Assembly (NCBI GenBank): GCA_963796285.1
Contig: CAWCKW010000012.1
Location: 1,504,001-1,568,000 of the forward strand
Direction of reading: 5' to 3'
DNA from: Nitrospirota bacterium
GTDB lineage: Bacteria; Nitrospirota; UBA9217
Length of the DNA: 64,000 nt
Shown: positions 11,044 through 21,904 of the stretch, in pieces
Layout of the letters: the number at the start of each line of letters is the position of its first letter
Numbering within the stretch: the first letter of the stretch is position 1
The notes under the pieces: generated by a model
What the model saw: the letters and a program-made list of their open reading frames with translations, nothing else
Told to the model about the DNA's origin: nothing
Database searches by the model: none
Made by a program: the position numbers and the translations under genes

Positions 11044-12477
11044 TTATTCGAGATATTTTTTTAAATCGATTTTGGCGGCGTTCGGATCAATGGTGCCGGC
11101 AATGGAGCGCCGATAGCGTCCTCCCGCGGTCTCCAGAAGACTGATGTCCGCGCCGGTCTCCTTTTCCGATCCATCGAACCGGTTCAGAATTAAAACGCGG
11201 GGACGCATCAAATCGCGCGTTTGATGCATGACGAGACCGACCTCACCCGTGTCCAGTTTAACAAGGGTGCCGATGGGGAAAATACCGACCATGTTGACAA
11301 ATGCCTTGACGAGGACGGGGTCGCAGGTGGCCCCTCTGTTCTTGATCAAGATCAGGATGGACTGGTTCGGGGGCGTCTGGGAGCTGTAATACACCCGAGC
11401 CGCCGTGATCGCTTCATAGGCATCGGCGAGGGCCACGATCTGAGAAAAGGGATGCCGCTCATGTTGACCGTTCACCTGTGGATAGCCCCGGGCTCCTCCG
11501 TGTTGGTGGTGTTCAAAAGCCGCCACCATGGCCATCTTGGACACGCCCGGTGTGTCGACGAGCAGCAGCGCCCCTTCGACGGGATGCCGTTTCACCTGAT
11601 CCCACTCTCCAGGCGTGAGCTTGCCGGGCTTATTGATGATCTCGTGAGGGACAGCCACCTTGCCGATATCATGCATCAGCGCCGCGGTACCCAATATGGC
11701 GATCTGGGGTTTGTCGAATGAGAGAAAGGTGCCGAGGGACGCCGCGAGGATCGACGTATTCACTGAGTGGGCGAAGGTGTATTCATCATACATCTTGAGG
11801 CTGGTCAAACCCATGAGGGCGTCCCTGTTGTCCAGGATATTGTCCACCATGGTTTGTATGACGGAGTTGACTTTTCGCACACTGGATACCTGCTCAAAAT
11901 GCATTGCCTGGACCATCTCCTTCACCGTGTCGATTGCGTCCTTGAACAGGTCGGATGCCTTCTTTTTCCCCGCCTTGTTGGACGCACCGGACTGCTTTTC
12001 AACAAGGACCACGTTGTGAAGCACGATGTGCAGTATTCCCTCTTTCTCGATAAGAGAATGGATGCCCCCCTGGCCGGCGAGAACCGCTGGTTCTTTGATC
12101 ATGAGACCGGCAAACCGGATTAGTTCCGGCGCGGAAAGTCCCGGAGTGAAGACGATCCCGCCCACGTCCCTCGTGGTGAATTGTTCCAGGAGCAGGGAAA
12201 GCGATTGGTCGATCGGGATGGATATTTTCTCAAAAAACAGCTCGCCGCCGACAAGAAAAAAAACCACTTCCTTTCGGTCCACAAGCAGTTCTTCGATCTT
12301 GCCCCGGAATTTGTCCGCTGCGGTAAGCAGATACGGGTGCGCTTCCGGATACAGGGCCGCGTTCTTCAGGATGGCGGAGAGTTGCTGGAACGCGGTCCGC
12401 GCCGAGTCGATCAACAGCTGTTTCGCGTAAAAGGACTGTCTCGCCTCTCCCCGGCTATCGCTTTGTTCGTCCGCCAT
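11044..12477 (-). CDS. HD-GYP domain cyclic-dinucleotide phosphodiesterase
   Basis: DEYTFAHS, HDIGK, KPGKLT, EHH.....GYP, ADAYEA motifs; start MADEQ with GGAG upstream. Confidence 0.9.
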   Translation of the reverse strand: MADEQSDSRGEARQSFYAKQLLIDSARTAFQQLSAILKNAALYPEAHPYLLTAADKFRGKIEELLVDRKEVVFFLVGGELFFEKISIPIDQSLSLLLEQFTTRDVGGIVFTPGLSAPELIRFAGLMIKEPAVLAGQGGIHSLIEKEGILHIVLHNVVLVEKQSGASNKAGKKKASDLFKDAIDTVKEMVQAMHFEQVSSVRKVNSVIQTMVDNILDNRDALMGLTSLKMYDEYTFAHSVNTSILAASLGTFLSFDKPQIAILGTAALMHDIGKVAVPHEIINKPGKLTPGEWDQVKRHPVEGALLLVDTPGVSKMAMVAAFEHHQHGGARGYPQVNGQHERHPFSQIVALADAYEAITAARVYYSSQTPPNQSILILIKNRGATCDPVLVKAFVNMVGIFPIGTLVKLDTGEVGLVMHQTRDLMRPRVLILNRFDGSEKETGADISLLETAGGRYRRSIAGTIDPNAAKIDLKKYLE

Positions 12478-14554
12478 TGTCCAGTCTCCTCGATATTTCT
12501 TCTCCGGCTTGTTCGGCCGCGACCTTGATCTGCTTTTGAGGTTTCCGGGGTCTCCACCACCGGATGATTTCATACCGTTTAAGAAATTCCATCGCATCCC
12601 GCCCGCCGATTTTCCCCAGCGTCTTGATCGCATCGATCGTGAGTTCTAGCTCTTTCTTTCTCAGGGACCGTTCCTCCAGGAACTCCATCAGCGGTCTTGA
12701 TTCCTCAGCACCGATGCCGGAAAAATCGCCATACGCATGGATCGCCGTCGCCTGGACGCCGGCATCTCCGTCGCGCAGCAATTTCGCCAGAATACTGGCC
12801 GCCTTTTTCCCGCCGATGGTTAGCAGCCCCTTGATGACTTCCTGCCGGATTCGGACATTCTTGTGGTCCGCAGCCTTTCGGAGAAATAAAAGGGCCTGGT
12901 CCGTCTTGCTTTCCCCGAGGATGCTCACAATATTGCGCACAAAATACCAGCGATTGTCCGAAAGGAGTTCCCCAAGCAGGGCGATCTGGTTCCTGCCGAC
13001 ATCTTTCAAGAGATCTACGTAGAAGATCCGCGCCGGACGGTCCTGTTCCTCCGCCATAAGTTCCAGAAGGACTTCCGTTGTTTTCCGTTCGAATTTTGAG
13101 ATGTAGGCATAAGCCGACTGGTATTCTCGAGAACTCTTAGGATGCTTTCTCAGTTCGCCGATTGCCGCAATAATAACGGACTTGGATGCTGTCTTCTTCA
13201 GGGCCTCTTCTATTCGCTGCTGGAATGCAGGGTCCACCGGCTGCTGAAACGCCTGGATAATGCTTAATGCTCGATCATAGTCCTTTCCATTCAAAAAAAA
13301 GCTCAACATGTCCTCGAGCTGACGGACCACGCTGGAAAAACGGATGAGTTCCTTCTCATCCGGAACGGAATGCAGCGGATTCTTCGCGAGAGGCAACAGG
13401 CAAATGAAGGTGTGCAGTGCTGCTTGGAAGATGTCCGATTCCATGCCGGCTTCTCCAAGAATTTTAAGCCGTTCCATTTCGTCCGGACTGTACTCGGCCA
13501 TTTCTCTGGCGATCCCGGGGAGGTCCTGGGATATGGACGCGGCTTCCAGCTCAGCGGGTGACACTGGAGGAGTGGATGGGAGGGCTTTCTTTGATGAAGA
13601 TTTCTTCAGGAGCGTTGATACCTGCTGCACGGTCCAGGCATGGGAAAAACGCCCTGCCTGGATCTCGTGAAGCGCGGAGGGCAACTGTTGATCAACGTCG
13701 GATTGCTGTTCCGCCGCCATTTCCGTGTCCAGGTCTTTATACAACTTGCCGGCAACGAGCGAGTCGCGAAAGTTTGGCTCAAGAGAAAGAGCGGACTTGG
13801 CCAGGCCCTCGAACATGGCATCGCTCTGTCCGGCATGCTCAGCTTCTATCTTTGCGCCTGCTTCCTGATATAGGGAATACAGTCGGTCCTCCACACTTTC
13901 ATGTTCAGCGCGCGTCCGCTTAGCAAGTTCAAGCATACTGAAGGCGAACCCCGAAGGATCGCTGATCAGATCACCCAGGACCAGTGTGCGGCCAAAAAAT
14001 ACTTTTTCCTTCTTGGCCACTGACGGCGCCATTGCTTCCGTGGTTGCAGTGGCCCCCGTTGAGGTCTTATCCATCAAACCCTTTGACCTCTTCGTCGTTA
14101 TGATTTCGTCAAGACCCGCCTCGGTCACCTTGATATGCTCCGCACCCTTTTCCCAGAGGATCGAAGTAATACCGTTCTTCATCGCCAGGTCTTCCGATGA
14201 CAGGGCGAGTGCCCGACAAAGCTCAAGCAGTTCCGCCTCAGTCACCCCGGCGCTGAGGACGATCTCACGGATCCCTTTCGCAAACAGGTCCTGAGCAATG
14301 GCCTTGTTCAGCTGCGCCTCTTTCCCAACGGGCATGCGCTGGTAGGTGAAGTTGGTTTTTTGCACACCGACCGAGTATTCCGGCGCCGTGGTCAGAAAAT
14401 GTTCCAGCAATTCAAAGGATTTTTTTATTGATTGGAAATAAATGGGATTATTGGGAGGGTAGATCTTAACCGTCCTGATCGCCGACACGAGAGAGCGCAT
14501 AACATCGTGTACTTCGGGGGTAAGAATTTCTTCCTGGCCGATATCTTTCTGCAT
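12455..14554 (-). CDS. HEAT-repeat protein
   Basis: C-terminal HEAT-like repeats (D.RWYFVRNIV.ILG, RIRQEVIK.L..IGG); overlaps HD-GYP start. Confidence 0.8.
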   Translation of the reverse strand: MQKDIGQEEILTPEVHDVMRSLVSAIRTVKIYPPNNPIYFQSIKKSFELLEHFLTTAPEYSVGVQKTNFTYQRMPVGKEAQLNKAIAQDLFAKGIREIVLSAGVTEAELLELCRALALSSEDLAMKNGITSILWEKGAEHIKVTEAGLDEIITTKRSKGLMDKTSTGATATTEAMAPSVAKKEKVFFGRTLVLGDLISDPSGFAFSMLELAKRTRAEHESVEDRLYSLYQEAGAKIEAEHAGQSDAMFEGLAKSALSLEPNFRDSLVAGKLYKDLDTEMAAEQQSDVDQQLPSALHEIQAGRFSHAWTVQQVSTLLKKSSSKKALPSTPPVSPAELEAASISQDLPGIAREMAEYSPDEMERLKILGEAGMESDIFQAALHTFICLLPLAKNPLHSVPDEKELIRFSSVVRQLEDMLSFFLNGKDYDRALSIIQAFQQPVDPAFQQRIEEALKKTASKSVIIAAIGELRKHPKSSREYQSAYAYISKFERKTTEVLLELMAEEQDRPARIFYVDLLKDVGRNQIALLGELLSDNRWYFVRNIVSILGESKTDQALLFLRKAADHKNVRIRQEVIKGLLTIGGKKAASILAKLLRDGDAGVQATAIHAYGDFSGIGAEESRPLMEFLEERSLRKKELELTIDAIKTLGKIGGRDAMEFLKRYEIIRWWRPRKPQKQIKVAAEQAGEEISRRLDNGGRTKR

Positions 14555-14561
14555 GGTTTTT

Positions 14562-14590
14562 ACTGTACCACAAGACGGACCGGGTGTCAA
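14562..14590 (-). promoter_or_regulatory. Sigma70 promoter of HEAT gene, likely leaderless
   Basis: TTGACA-17-TACAGT with extended TG, 7 nt before ATG. Confidence 0.65.
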
Positions 14591-14676
14591 AAGGAGAACG
14601 GAACGCACCCCCGCTTCGGTAATCGCAGGCGGGCGCTCCCGCCTGGTCATTGGTAGTGCACGGCTTTCGGCGGCGA

Positions 14677-15894
14677 CTACGTGTCCATGGCGTCGGGCCT
14701 TTCCACGCGGGACAAGACCTCTCCCTCATGGAGCCTGGTGCTGATCAGATCGCCCGCCATGACCGCTGCGGCATCTTTAAGGATCACCCCTTCAGGCATT
14801 TTTCTGGTTACACTATATCCACGCGATAGGATACCGAGCGGATTTAAATGGTCGAGACCCGCGGTCAGAGAGGTAAGTTGTGCCCGGTCCCGCCGAACAT
14901 GCTGCCGAAGTCCCAACGCCATCCGGCGAACCAGTTCATCCACCCGCTGCACGACCTGCTCCAGCCTCCGCCGCGGATCTCCCAGCAGGCGGATGTTCTC
15001 GCGGAGCGATGCACGCAACGTCTCGATCCGCTGTTCCATGCGGCCGATAAGTCTGGACTCAAGAGAGTGAATGGTGTCCCGTAAACGCTCCTCGCTCCCC
15101 ACCACCATTTCGGCCGCAGCAGAGGGCGTAGGCGCACGGAGGTCAGCGACAAAATCCGAGATCGTATAGTCCGTTTCGTGTCCGACTGCCGAAATGATCG
15201 GTATTTGCGATGCATGAATCGCGCGCGCCACTTCCTCTTCGTTGAATGCCCAGAGGTCTTCGAGAGATCCGCCGCCGCGGCCCACGATCATCACATCAAC
15301 GTTCTTAAACCTGTTGAAATACTGAATCGCCTCGACAATGGCGGGAAAAGCTTCTTTGCCCTGGACCGGCACGGGATAGAGCAGAATATGCATCCTGGGA
15401 TGGCGCCGCTTGATCACGCGCAGCATATCACGGATCGCAGCGCCGGTCGGTGAGGTAACGATACCGATGCGCCGGGGCAGAAGAGGGAGCGGCTTCTTGC
15501 GATCGCGGTCGAACAGCCCTTCTTTTTCGAGCCTGGCCTTGAGCTGTTCAAAGGCAAGCTGAAGCGCGCCCACACCTTTGGGTTCTATATAGTCGAGAAT
15601 AAGCTGGTACTCACCGCGCGGGTCATAGACACTGAGCCTGCCCCGGCAAAGCACGTGTATGCCGTGTTGCAGCGTGAACTTGAGGAACCGAAGTGAGGAG
15701 CGGAACATGACCGCGCGAATCTGGGCGTGTTCGTCCTTGAGCGTGAAATACGCGTGACCGGACTGGGGGATGCTGAGGTTCGAGATCTCACCTTCCACCC
15801 AGACATCGGGAAACGCCTCTTCGAGGAAGGTTTTGATCTGAGAGGTAAGCTGTGTAACTGTTAGAATATGAGACTTACTTGGCCCTTGACCCAT
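14677..15894 (-). CDS. xseA: Exodeoxyribonuclease VII large subunit
   Basis: VEGEISN..SGH.YF.LKD, TSPTGAAIRD, GRGGGSLEDLWAFN, VGHETD, RAPTPSAAAE. Confidence 0.96.
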   Translation of the reverse strand: MGQGPSKSHILTVTQLTSQIKTFLEEAFPDVWVEGEISNLSIPQSGHAYFTLKDEHAQIRAVMFRSSLRFLKFTLQHGIHVLCRGRLSVYDPRGEYQLILDYIEPKGVGALQLAFEQLKARLEKEGLFDRDRKKPLPLLPRRIGIVTSPTGAAIRDMLRVIKRRHPRMHILLYPVPVQGKEAFPAIVEAIQYFNRFKNVDVMIVGRGGGSLEDLWAFNEEEVARAIHASQIPIISAVGHETDYTISDFVADLRAPTPSAAAEMVVGSEERLRDTIHSLESRLIGRMEQRIETLRASLRENIRLLGDPRRRLEQVVQRVDELVRRMALGLRQHVRRDRAQLTSLTAGLDHLNPLGILSRGYSVTRKMPEGVILKDAAAVMAGDLISTRLHEGEVLSRVERPDAMDT

Positions 15895-15905
15895 GACTCC
15901 AGATC

Positions 15906-16685
15906 CTACGATTTAAGGTGTATGCGCTCAATGGAATTCGCCTTTCCCGTCTTTCCATCAATATCAACTAGCACTGCGCAGAGGTGCACCGGTCCTTTGG
16001 GTATCTCGAACCTATGCGGGGTCTGCGTGAGGAACCTCGCAATGGCCTGTTCCTTTTTTACACCGATGACCGAGTCAGTGGGACCGGTCATGCCCGCATC
16101 GGTAATGAAAGCCGTCCCGCCCGGAAGGACCCGTTCATCGGCTGTCTGAACATGCGTATGGGTCCCGATCACCGCGCTCGCCTTGCCGTCCAGGTGCCAG
16201 GCGAGGGCGATCTTCTCGGAGGTGGCCTCGGCGTGAAAATCGATGATCACAACAGGCGTTTCTTTTTTCAGTTTCTCGATCTCTTGTTCGGCAACACGGA
16301 ACGGGTCTGTCAGGTTCGACATGAAGACCCTCCCTTCGAGGTTCAGGACCGCAGCCTTGCCGGCGTTCTCGGTCGAGATGATCACACTTCCATATCCGGG
16401 GTTCCCGTCGGGGTAGTTGGCCGGCCGGATGAGCCGGTCCTGCTTGGCGAGATAGGGTTCGATCTCCTTCTTGTCCCAGACGTGGTTGCCCGACGTCAGC
16501 ACGTCGATGCCGAGAAAGAACAGCTCATCGGCGATCTCGGATGTGATTCCGAATCCGCCCGCCGAGTTCTCGCCGTTCGCTATTACGAGATCGGGACGAT
16601 GCGTGTCCCTGAGCCCGCGCAATTGCGCCCGAACCATCTTCCTGCCCGGCTCGCCGATGATGTCACCGATGAAAAGAACCTTCAA
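15906..16685 (-). CDS. ymdB: YmdB-family (TIGR00282) metallophosphoesterase
   Basis: FIGDIIG..G, NGENSAGG.G, TSGNH, DFHAEATSEK, GTHTHVQTAD; TTG start after GGAGG; follows rny. Confidence 0.92.
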   Translation of the reverse strand: MKVLFIGDIIGEPGRKMVRAQLRGLRDTHRPDLVIANGENSAGGFGITSEIADELFFLGIDVLTSGNHVWDKKEIEPYLAKQDRLIRPANYPDGNPGYGSVIISTENAGKAAVLNLEGRVFMSNLTDPFRVAEQEIEKLKKETPVVIIDFHAEATSEKIALAWHLDGKASAVIGTHTHVQTADERVLPGGTAFITDAGMTGPTDSVIGVKKEQAIARFLTQTPHRFEIPKGPVHLCAVLVDIDGKTGKANSIERIHLKS

Positions 16686-16700
16686 CAGAACCTCCATGAC

Positions 16701-16788
16701 ATTCAGAAGCCAGGATGTCAGAGCCAGGATGATAAATGCAATGTTCATCTGATTTCTGACTTCTGTCTTCTGGCTTCTGTATTCTGCT
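16701..16788. repeat. Heptamer-repeat hairpin (CAGAAGC / TTCTGAC type)
   Basis: TTCTGAC TTCTGTC TTCTGGC TTCTGTA TTCTGCT preceded by complementary CAGAA/CCAGGA units. Confidence 0.7.
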
Positions 16789-16791
16789 TCA

Positions 16792-18348
16792 CTACTTCGC
16801 ATACTCCACATACCTGCTCTCGCGCACCACCGTAACCTTGATCTGACCGGGGTAGGACATCTCGGTCTCGATCTTCTTGGCTATATCGCGCGAAAGCTGG
16901 GCGGAGTGCGCGTCAGAAAGGTCTTCCGGTTTGACGATGATGCGGATCTCACGGCCTGCCTGGATTGCGTAGGATTTCTCGACCCCTTTGAAGGAATTTG
17001 CCGCGGTCTCGAGCTGCTCAAGCCGCTTGAGGTAGCTCTCGAGTGTCTCTCGACGCACGCCCGGCCTTCCCGCCGAAAGCGCGTCCGCAGCCGCAACCAG
17101 AACAGACTCCACACAGTTCGGTTCCCCGTCGCCATGGTGGGTCATGATCGCGTTGATCACCTTGGGGTTCTCGCCGTACTTTTTGGCCAGGTCTCCGCCG
17201 ATCTGGGGATGGGTTCCTTCCACCTCGTGGTCAATAGCCTTGCCCAGGTCATGCAGCAGACCGGCGCGGCGCGCGAGCTTCTGGTCCACGCCGCACTCCG
17301 CAGCCATGATGCCGGCGAAATAGGCCACCTCGCGCGAGTGCATCAGCACGTTCTGTCCGTAGCTCGTACGGAACCTGAGCCTCCCGAGGAGTTTGATGAT
17401 CTCGGGGTGAATATTATGGAGACCCAGGTCGAAAGCTGCTTTTTCTCCCTCCTCCTTCATCGTGACATCGAGGTCTTTCCTGACCTTCTCGGCAATCTCT
17501 TCGATCCGGGCGGGATGAATGCGGCCATCGTGAATCAAACGCTCGATGGTGAGCTTCGCGATCTCTCTCCGGAGAGGATCATAGCACGATAGGATCACCG
17601 CTTCCGGCGTATCGTCGATGATCAGGTCAATGCCGGTCGCTGCCTCGAGTGCCCTGATGTTCCGGCCCTCGCGCCCGATGATTCTGCCCTTCATTTCGTC
17701 ATTGGGGAGATTGACCACGGAGACCGTGGCCTCCGCCACATAATCGCTGGCATACCGCTGGATGGCGAGGCTCATGATGTTCTTCGACTTCTTGTCCGCC
17801 TCTTCCTTGGCCTCGTCCTCGATCCGCTTGATGCTCTTGGCCGCCTCATACTTGGCCTCGTCTTCCATCGCGACCATGAGCTGGCGCTTGGCCTCCTCGG
17901 CGGTCATGTTCGCGATCTTCTCGAGCATCTCCCGCTGCTCGCGGAGTCCCCTCTCGAAGCGCTCTTCTTTTTCCTGTGCGACCTTTTCCTTCGCCGTCAG
18001 TTCCCGCTCGCGCCGCATTGCATCGGCTTCCCGCTTCTCGATAAGGTCGGTCTTTTTGTCAAGACTCTCTTCCTTCTGGGTGAGCCGCCGCTCCTGGTTC
18101 TGGAGTTCCTGTCGCTTGTCACGGGTCTCCTTCTCGAAGTCCGAGCGTGCCTGATAGAACTTGTCCTTGGACTCGAGCACCGCCTCCTTGCGCTTGGTCT
18201 CCGCCTCGCGCTCGGCGGTGGCAATGATCCTCGCAGCCTCGGTCTCAGCGTCCTTGATCTTGTTGGCAACGGCCTTCCCCTTGATCAGCAGGCCTGCGCC
18301 GACACCTATGGCAAGCCCTACAACCAACACCACAATATACTCAATCAT
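16792..18348 (-). CDS. rny: Ribonuclease Y
   Basis: N-terminal TM, coiled coil, KH ([13 protein letters not shown]), HD (LLHDLGK), [10 protein letters not shown]. Confidence 0.97.
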   Translation of the reverse strand: MIEYIVVLVVGLAIGVGAGLLIKGKAVANKIKDAETEAARIIATAEREAETKRKEAVLESKDKFYQARSDFEKETRDKRQELQNQERRLTQKEESLDKKTDLIEKREADAMRRERELTAKEKVAQEKEERFERGLREQREMLEKIANMTAEEAKRQLMVAMEDEAKYEAAKSIKRIEDEAKEEADKKSKNIMSLAIQRYASDYVAEATVSVVNLPNDEMKGRIIGREGRNIRALEAATGIDLIIDDTPEAVILSCYDPLRREIAKLTIERLIHDGRIHPARIEEIAEKVRKDLDVTMKEEGEKAAFDLGLHNIHPEIIKLLGRLRFRTSYGQNVLMHSREVAYFAGIMAAECGVDQKLARRAGLLHDLGKAIDHEVEGTHPQIGGDLAKKYGENPKVINAIMTHHGDGEPNCVESVLVAAADALSAGRPGVRRETLESYLKRLEQLETAANSFKGVEKSYAIQAGREIRIIVKPEDLSDAHSAQLSRDIAKKIETEMSYPGQIKVTVVRESRYVEYAK

Positions 18349-19684
18349 GCCCCATTTCCTCCTGGTATCTCTTCTTCAGCCCGGCAAGGCGCTCTTTGAT
18401 CCTTTTTTCTTCGCCTTGCTCCGAGGGCCGATAATATTCCCGCTTTTGCGGGAGGTAGTCCTGGGCCGTATAGTGGCCCGGAAAATCATGCGGATATTTG
18501 TAGCCCTTGCCCCTGCCAAGACGACCAGCCCCTCTGTAATGAGCGTCTTTCAGGTGGTCCGGTACAGGCAGGAGCTTTCCTTCCTCAATGTCTTTCATCG
18601 CCCCTTTGATGGCAAGATACGACGCATTGCTCTTCGGCGCCGAGGCGACATACACTGCCGCCTGTGCAAGCGGCAGCGTGCCCTCGGGCATGCCGATGCG
18701 CTCCACTGCCTGATATGCGGAAACGGCCACGAAGAGCGCCCGCGGGTCCGCGTTCCCCACATCCTCGCTTGCGGCGATAACGATCCTGCGCGCAATAAAC
18801 AACGGGTCCTCGCCTGCGGTGATCATCTTTGCCATCCAGTAGAGCGTTGCATCGGGGTCGCTCCCGCGCATGCTCTTGATGAACGCGGAAATCGTGTCAT
18901 AGTGCTCGTCTTCATCGTAGGCCAGAGCCTTCCTCTGGATGGACTCCTCGGCAGTAAGGAGATCATACAGTATTGCGCCATCAGTGCCCGGCGCTGTCGA
19001 GAGAACGCCGAGTTCGAGGGCATTCAGCGCACGCCGCGCGTCACCGTTTGATTTCGCAATAATGTGGTCGAGTGCGTCCGGCGTCAGGGTCACCGCCAGG
19101 TTCCCAAGTCCCCGTTCTTTATCCGCAAGCGCACGGAGGATGAGCGCCCTAAGGTCTTCATTGTCGAGCGGCTTGAACTCAAAGATCTGCGAGCGTGATG
19201 AGAGTGCTGGAATAATGGCGAAAAAAGGGTTCTGCGTCGAAGCACCGATAAGTGTGATATTCCCTCGTTCTACATCGGGCAGGAGCGCGTCCTGCTGCAC
19301 CCGCGTAAAGCGGTGGATCTCGTCGATAAAGAGAAGGGTCCTCCTACCTCTTTGAGATCGCTCCTCTGCGGACTCGTGCGTGACCTTCCGGATGTCGGCG
19401 ACACCGGCAGTGACAGCATTGAGCGCGACAAAGTGTGCACTGCTCCGCTCCGCGATCAGGTGCGCAAGCGCGGTCTTACCCACGCCAGGCGGACCATAAA
19501 GGATAAGCGACATGAACCGGTCGGTCTCGATGGCCCTGCGAAGGAGTTTGCCCGAGCCAAGGACATGTTCCTGTCCTACGAACTCAGACAGGTCACGGGG
19601 GCGCATTCTCCAAGCCAGAGGCGATAGAGAAGGCTCGATGGACGACTCTTCAGGTGTATTTTTTTTGAGGTTTTTGAGACCCAA
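18341..19684 (-). CDS. rarA: Replication-associated recombination protein A (MgsA/RarA)
   Basis: [50 protein letters not shown]; exact start uncertain. Confidence 0.93.
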   Translation of the reverse strand: MGLKNLKKNTPEESSIEPSLSPLAWRMRPRDLSEFVGQEHVLGSGKLLRRAIETDRFMSLILYGPPGVGKTALAHLIAERSSAHFVALNAVTAGVADIRKVTHESAEERSQRGRRTLLFIDEIHRFTRVQQDALLPDVERGNITLIGASTQNPFFAIIPALSSRSQIFEFKPLDNEDLRALILRALADKERGLGNLAVTLTPDALDHIIAKSNGDARRALNALELGVLSTAPGTDGAILYDLLTAEESIQRKALAYDEDEHYDTISAFIKSMRGSDPDATLYWMAKMITAGEDPLFIARRIVIAASEDVGNADPRALFVAVSAYQAVERIGMPEGTLPLAQAAVYVASAPKSNASYLAIKGAMKDIEEGKLLPVPDHLKDAHYRGAGRLGRGKGYKYPHDFPGHYTAQDYLPQKREYYRPSEQGEEKRIKERLAGLKKRYQEEMGHD

Positions 19685-20128
19685 CGTTCTTAACTGCAGG
19701 AGGGCTTACACGGGACCTGTGACAGTGAGGTGACCAGATTGATCCAGATCAGGATAACAGGGAACCGGGGATTTGATCGGATAACCGGGAACTTGCTGAT
19801 TTTCCAGGAGATTGCACAAGCCGACCCTGGCGAAGGGCCTTGGCTCGCATCGTCTCCAGAATGTCTGTTCCCGGTGATTCCTTTCGGTGAATATATGTAT
19901 GCATGAAAATCCCCATGTTCTTGATATGTTACCGCGCTGGCAAAACAATCTGTTTGCGGAACTGAGAAAACATCCCTTAGTGAAAACCTATATGCTCTAT
20001 TGTCTCAGCGTACCGCAGTTGCTTGAACACTATCACAAGCGCCGGAGCCGTATTCCCGCTCCTTTCGAACTCGCGCTGATTACACGTTATTTATGGCAAT
20101 GATGCCGTTCTTGTCGAACCGAAAAAAA

Positions 20129-20301
20129 CCCCCGCTTTTGCCGTGTGGATAAACTTGATTCCTGGTATTAACCAGGTGGGCGCCATGTCAAAAAGTTTAG
20201 GCTTCCCAGTCCTATCTGGGCATGCACACCCTTTTCAGTGACAGCTCCCGTAATTTTTTTTTCACGAGGAACAAGTTACATCATCACGGGCAAAGCAGGG
20301 G
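20129..20301 (-). ncRNA. ssrS: 6S RNA
   Basis: Ends pair (CCCCUGCUUUGCCCGUG / CACGGCAAAAGCGGGGG); internal GGGAGC..GUGCAUGCCC..GGGAAGCC..GGCGCCCACCUG..CAGG pattern; canonical position downstream of zapA. Confidence 0.85.
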
Positions 20302-20319
20302 ACATTTTTTATTTATACT

Positions 20320-20350
20320 ATTATATACCAGAACCAGTTGAAAATGGCAA
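20320..20350 (-). promoter_or_regulatory. Sigma70 promoter for 6S RNA
   Basis: TTGCCA-17-TATATA(AT) with TG extension just upstream of the RNA. Confidence 0.65.
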
Positions 20351-20478
20351 GAGGAAAAAATAACGAGCTTTGTCACCGGGTAGCTCAAATTGCACCTTAT
20401 TTCATACTGTTATACAAATATACGTCTACTCCCCTACCCCGTAAACATCGCGACCAAACATTGTTTGTCAAGTATTGA

Positions 20479-20751
20479 TCAGAGGTTTTCAGTCAGGTCG
20501 AGCAGCCGTTTAGCCGCATTCTCAGAGGTTTTTTCCATGTTACCATATTGCTCACGCAAGCGGTACAGCTCATCAGTGATCGTGAGCGCCGTCAGAATGG
20601 CCACCCGATGCGGATCTGCTGTTCCCGTACCTTTCTGTACTTCCTTCATCTTTGAATCAATGAACGCAGCCAGTTCGCGGATATAGGCAGGATCATCCTT
20701 GCCTTTGATGCTGTATACCTGACCGAATATTTCTACCTGCACGCGTTCCAT
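20479..20751 (-). CDS. zapA: Cell division protein ZapA
   Basis: V.IFGQ.Y.I, Y..ELA..ID.KM.E, AIL.AL.I.DEL; adjacent to 6S RNA. Confidence 0.9.
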   Translation of the reverse strand: MERVQVEIFGQVYSIKGKDDPAYIRELAAFIDSKMKEVQKGTGTADPHRVAILTALTITDELYRLREQYGNMEKTSENAAKRLLDLTENL

Positions 20752-20874
20752 GGTATAGTCCAATATTCTCCGTCACACATTCCAAGTACAATCAAATCTA
20801 AACTCCCTATTGTAAGATCGTGCCTGGTGCATGGAGTTTAACTGTCATTTCGTGTGTGGTACCCGTGCTTGCCC

Positions 20875-21780
20875 TTAAAACAGTGCGTTCACGAATTCCC
20901 TCGGATCAAAAACCCTCAGGTCTTCAATGGCCTCGCCGATGCCCACAAACTTTATCGGTATCGATAGCTCCTTGACAATAGCGAAAACAATGCCGCCCTT
21001 GGACGTGCCGTCAAGCTTCGTGAGCACGATACCGGTGACACCCACCGCCTCATGAAACATTTTGGCCTGCACCAGCGCGTTCTGTCCCGTGTTCCCGTCC
21101 AGGACGAGCAGCGTTTCATGCGGCGCGCCCGGCAGTTCGCGTGAAAGAATGCGGTGTATTTTCTTGAGCTCGTCCATGAGGTTCGATTTCGTATGCAGCC
21201 TGCCTGCAGTATCCACGATGAGCACGTCCACTGCACGGGCCTTTGCCGCCGAAACGGCATCGAACACCACAGCGCTGGGATCGGCGCCCTCCTGATGCTT
21301 GATCACCGGAATTCCTGCACGCTCCCCCCAGATCGAAAGCTGTTCCGATGCCGCTGCCCGGAAGGTGTCCCCCGCGGCAAGCATCACTTGCTTCCCTTCT
21401 GCTCGAAGCCGGTATGCCAGTTTGCCGATAGTGGTGGTCTTGCCCGTGCCATTCACTCCAACAACGAGCACGACAGCGGGGGAAGCAGCAGGGAGAAACA
21501 CCGACGGCCGGGCTGAGAGGATTTCAACCAGGATCTGCCTGAGCCTCTCCTTGACTTGCGAGGGAGAGGACAATTCATTGCGTTTGAACCGCTCTTTCAA
21601 GTCCTTGAGAACGTGCGAGGCGGTCCCCATTCCGACATCCGACGCGATAAGCGCCTCCTCAAGCTCGTCGAGAAACGCTTCGTCGATCTTCTCGCCAAGG
21701 ATCAGCGAGCCGACCTTGTCAGTAAAATTTTTTCTGGTCTTTGCCAGCCCGTCACTCAGGCTGCGGAGAACACCGAACAT
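20875..21780 (-). CDS. ftsY: SRP receptor FtsY
   Basis: GVNGTGKTTTIGKLA, DTFRAAA, DTAGRL, TKLDGTSKGG, GIGE. Confidence 0.97.
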   Translation of the reverse strand: MFGVLRSLSDGLAKTRKNFTDKVGSLILGEKIDEAFLDELEEALIASDVGMGTASHVLKDLKERFKRNELSSPSQVKERLRQILVEILSARPSVFLPAASPAVVLVVGVNGTGKTTTIGKLAYRLRAEGKQVMLAAGDTFRAAASEQLSIWGERAGIPVIKHQEGADPSAVVFDAVSAAKARAVDVLIVDTAGRLHTKSNLMDELKKIHRILSRELPGAPHETLLVLDGNTGQNALVQAKMFHEAVGVTGIVLTKLDGTSKGGIVFAIVKELSIPIKFVGIGEAIEDLRVFDPREFVNALF

Positions 21781-21796
21781 AAAATATCCTCACATG

Positions 21797-21895
21797 AATT
21801 GGAAATTTGAGATTGGAAAATAGACTGCTTACGACCGTTTCCCTTCAATTTTAAATTTTCAATTTACACTCTTCAATTTCCAATTCGACATTCGC
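21797..21895. repeat. Heptamer-repeat hairpin (AATTGGA / TTCAATT)
   Basis: AATTGGA AATTTGA GATTGGA then TTCAATT TTAAATT TTCAATT TACACTC TTCAATT TCCAATT. Confidence 0.65.
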
Positions 21896-21904
21896 AGAAT
21901 GTCG

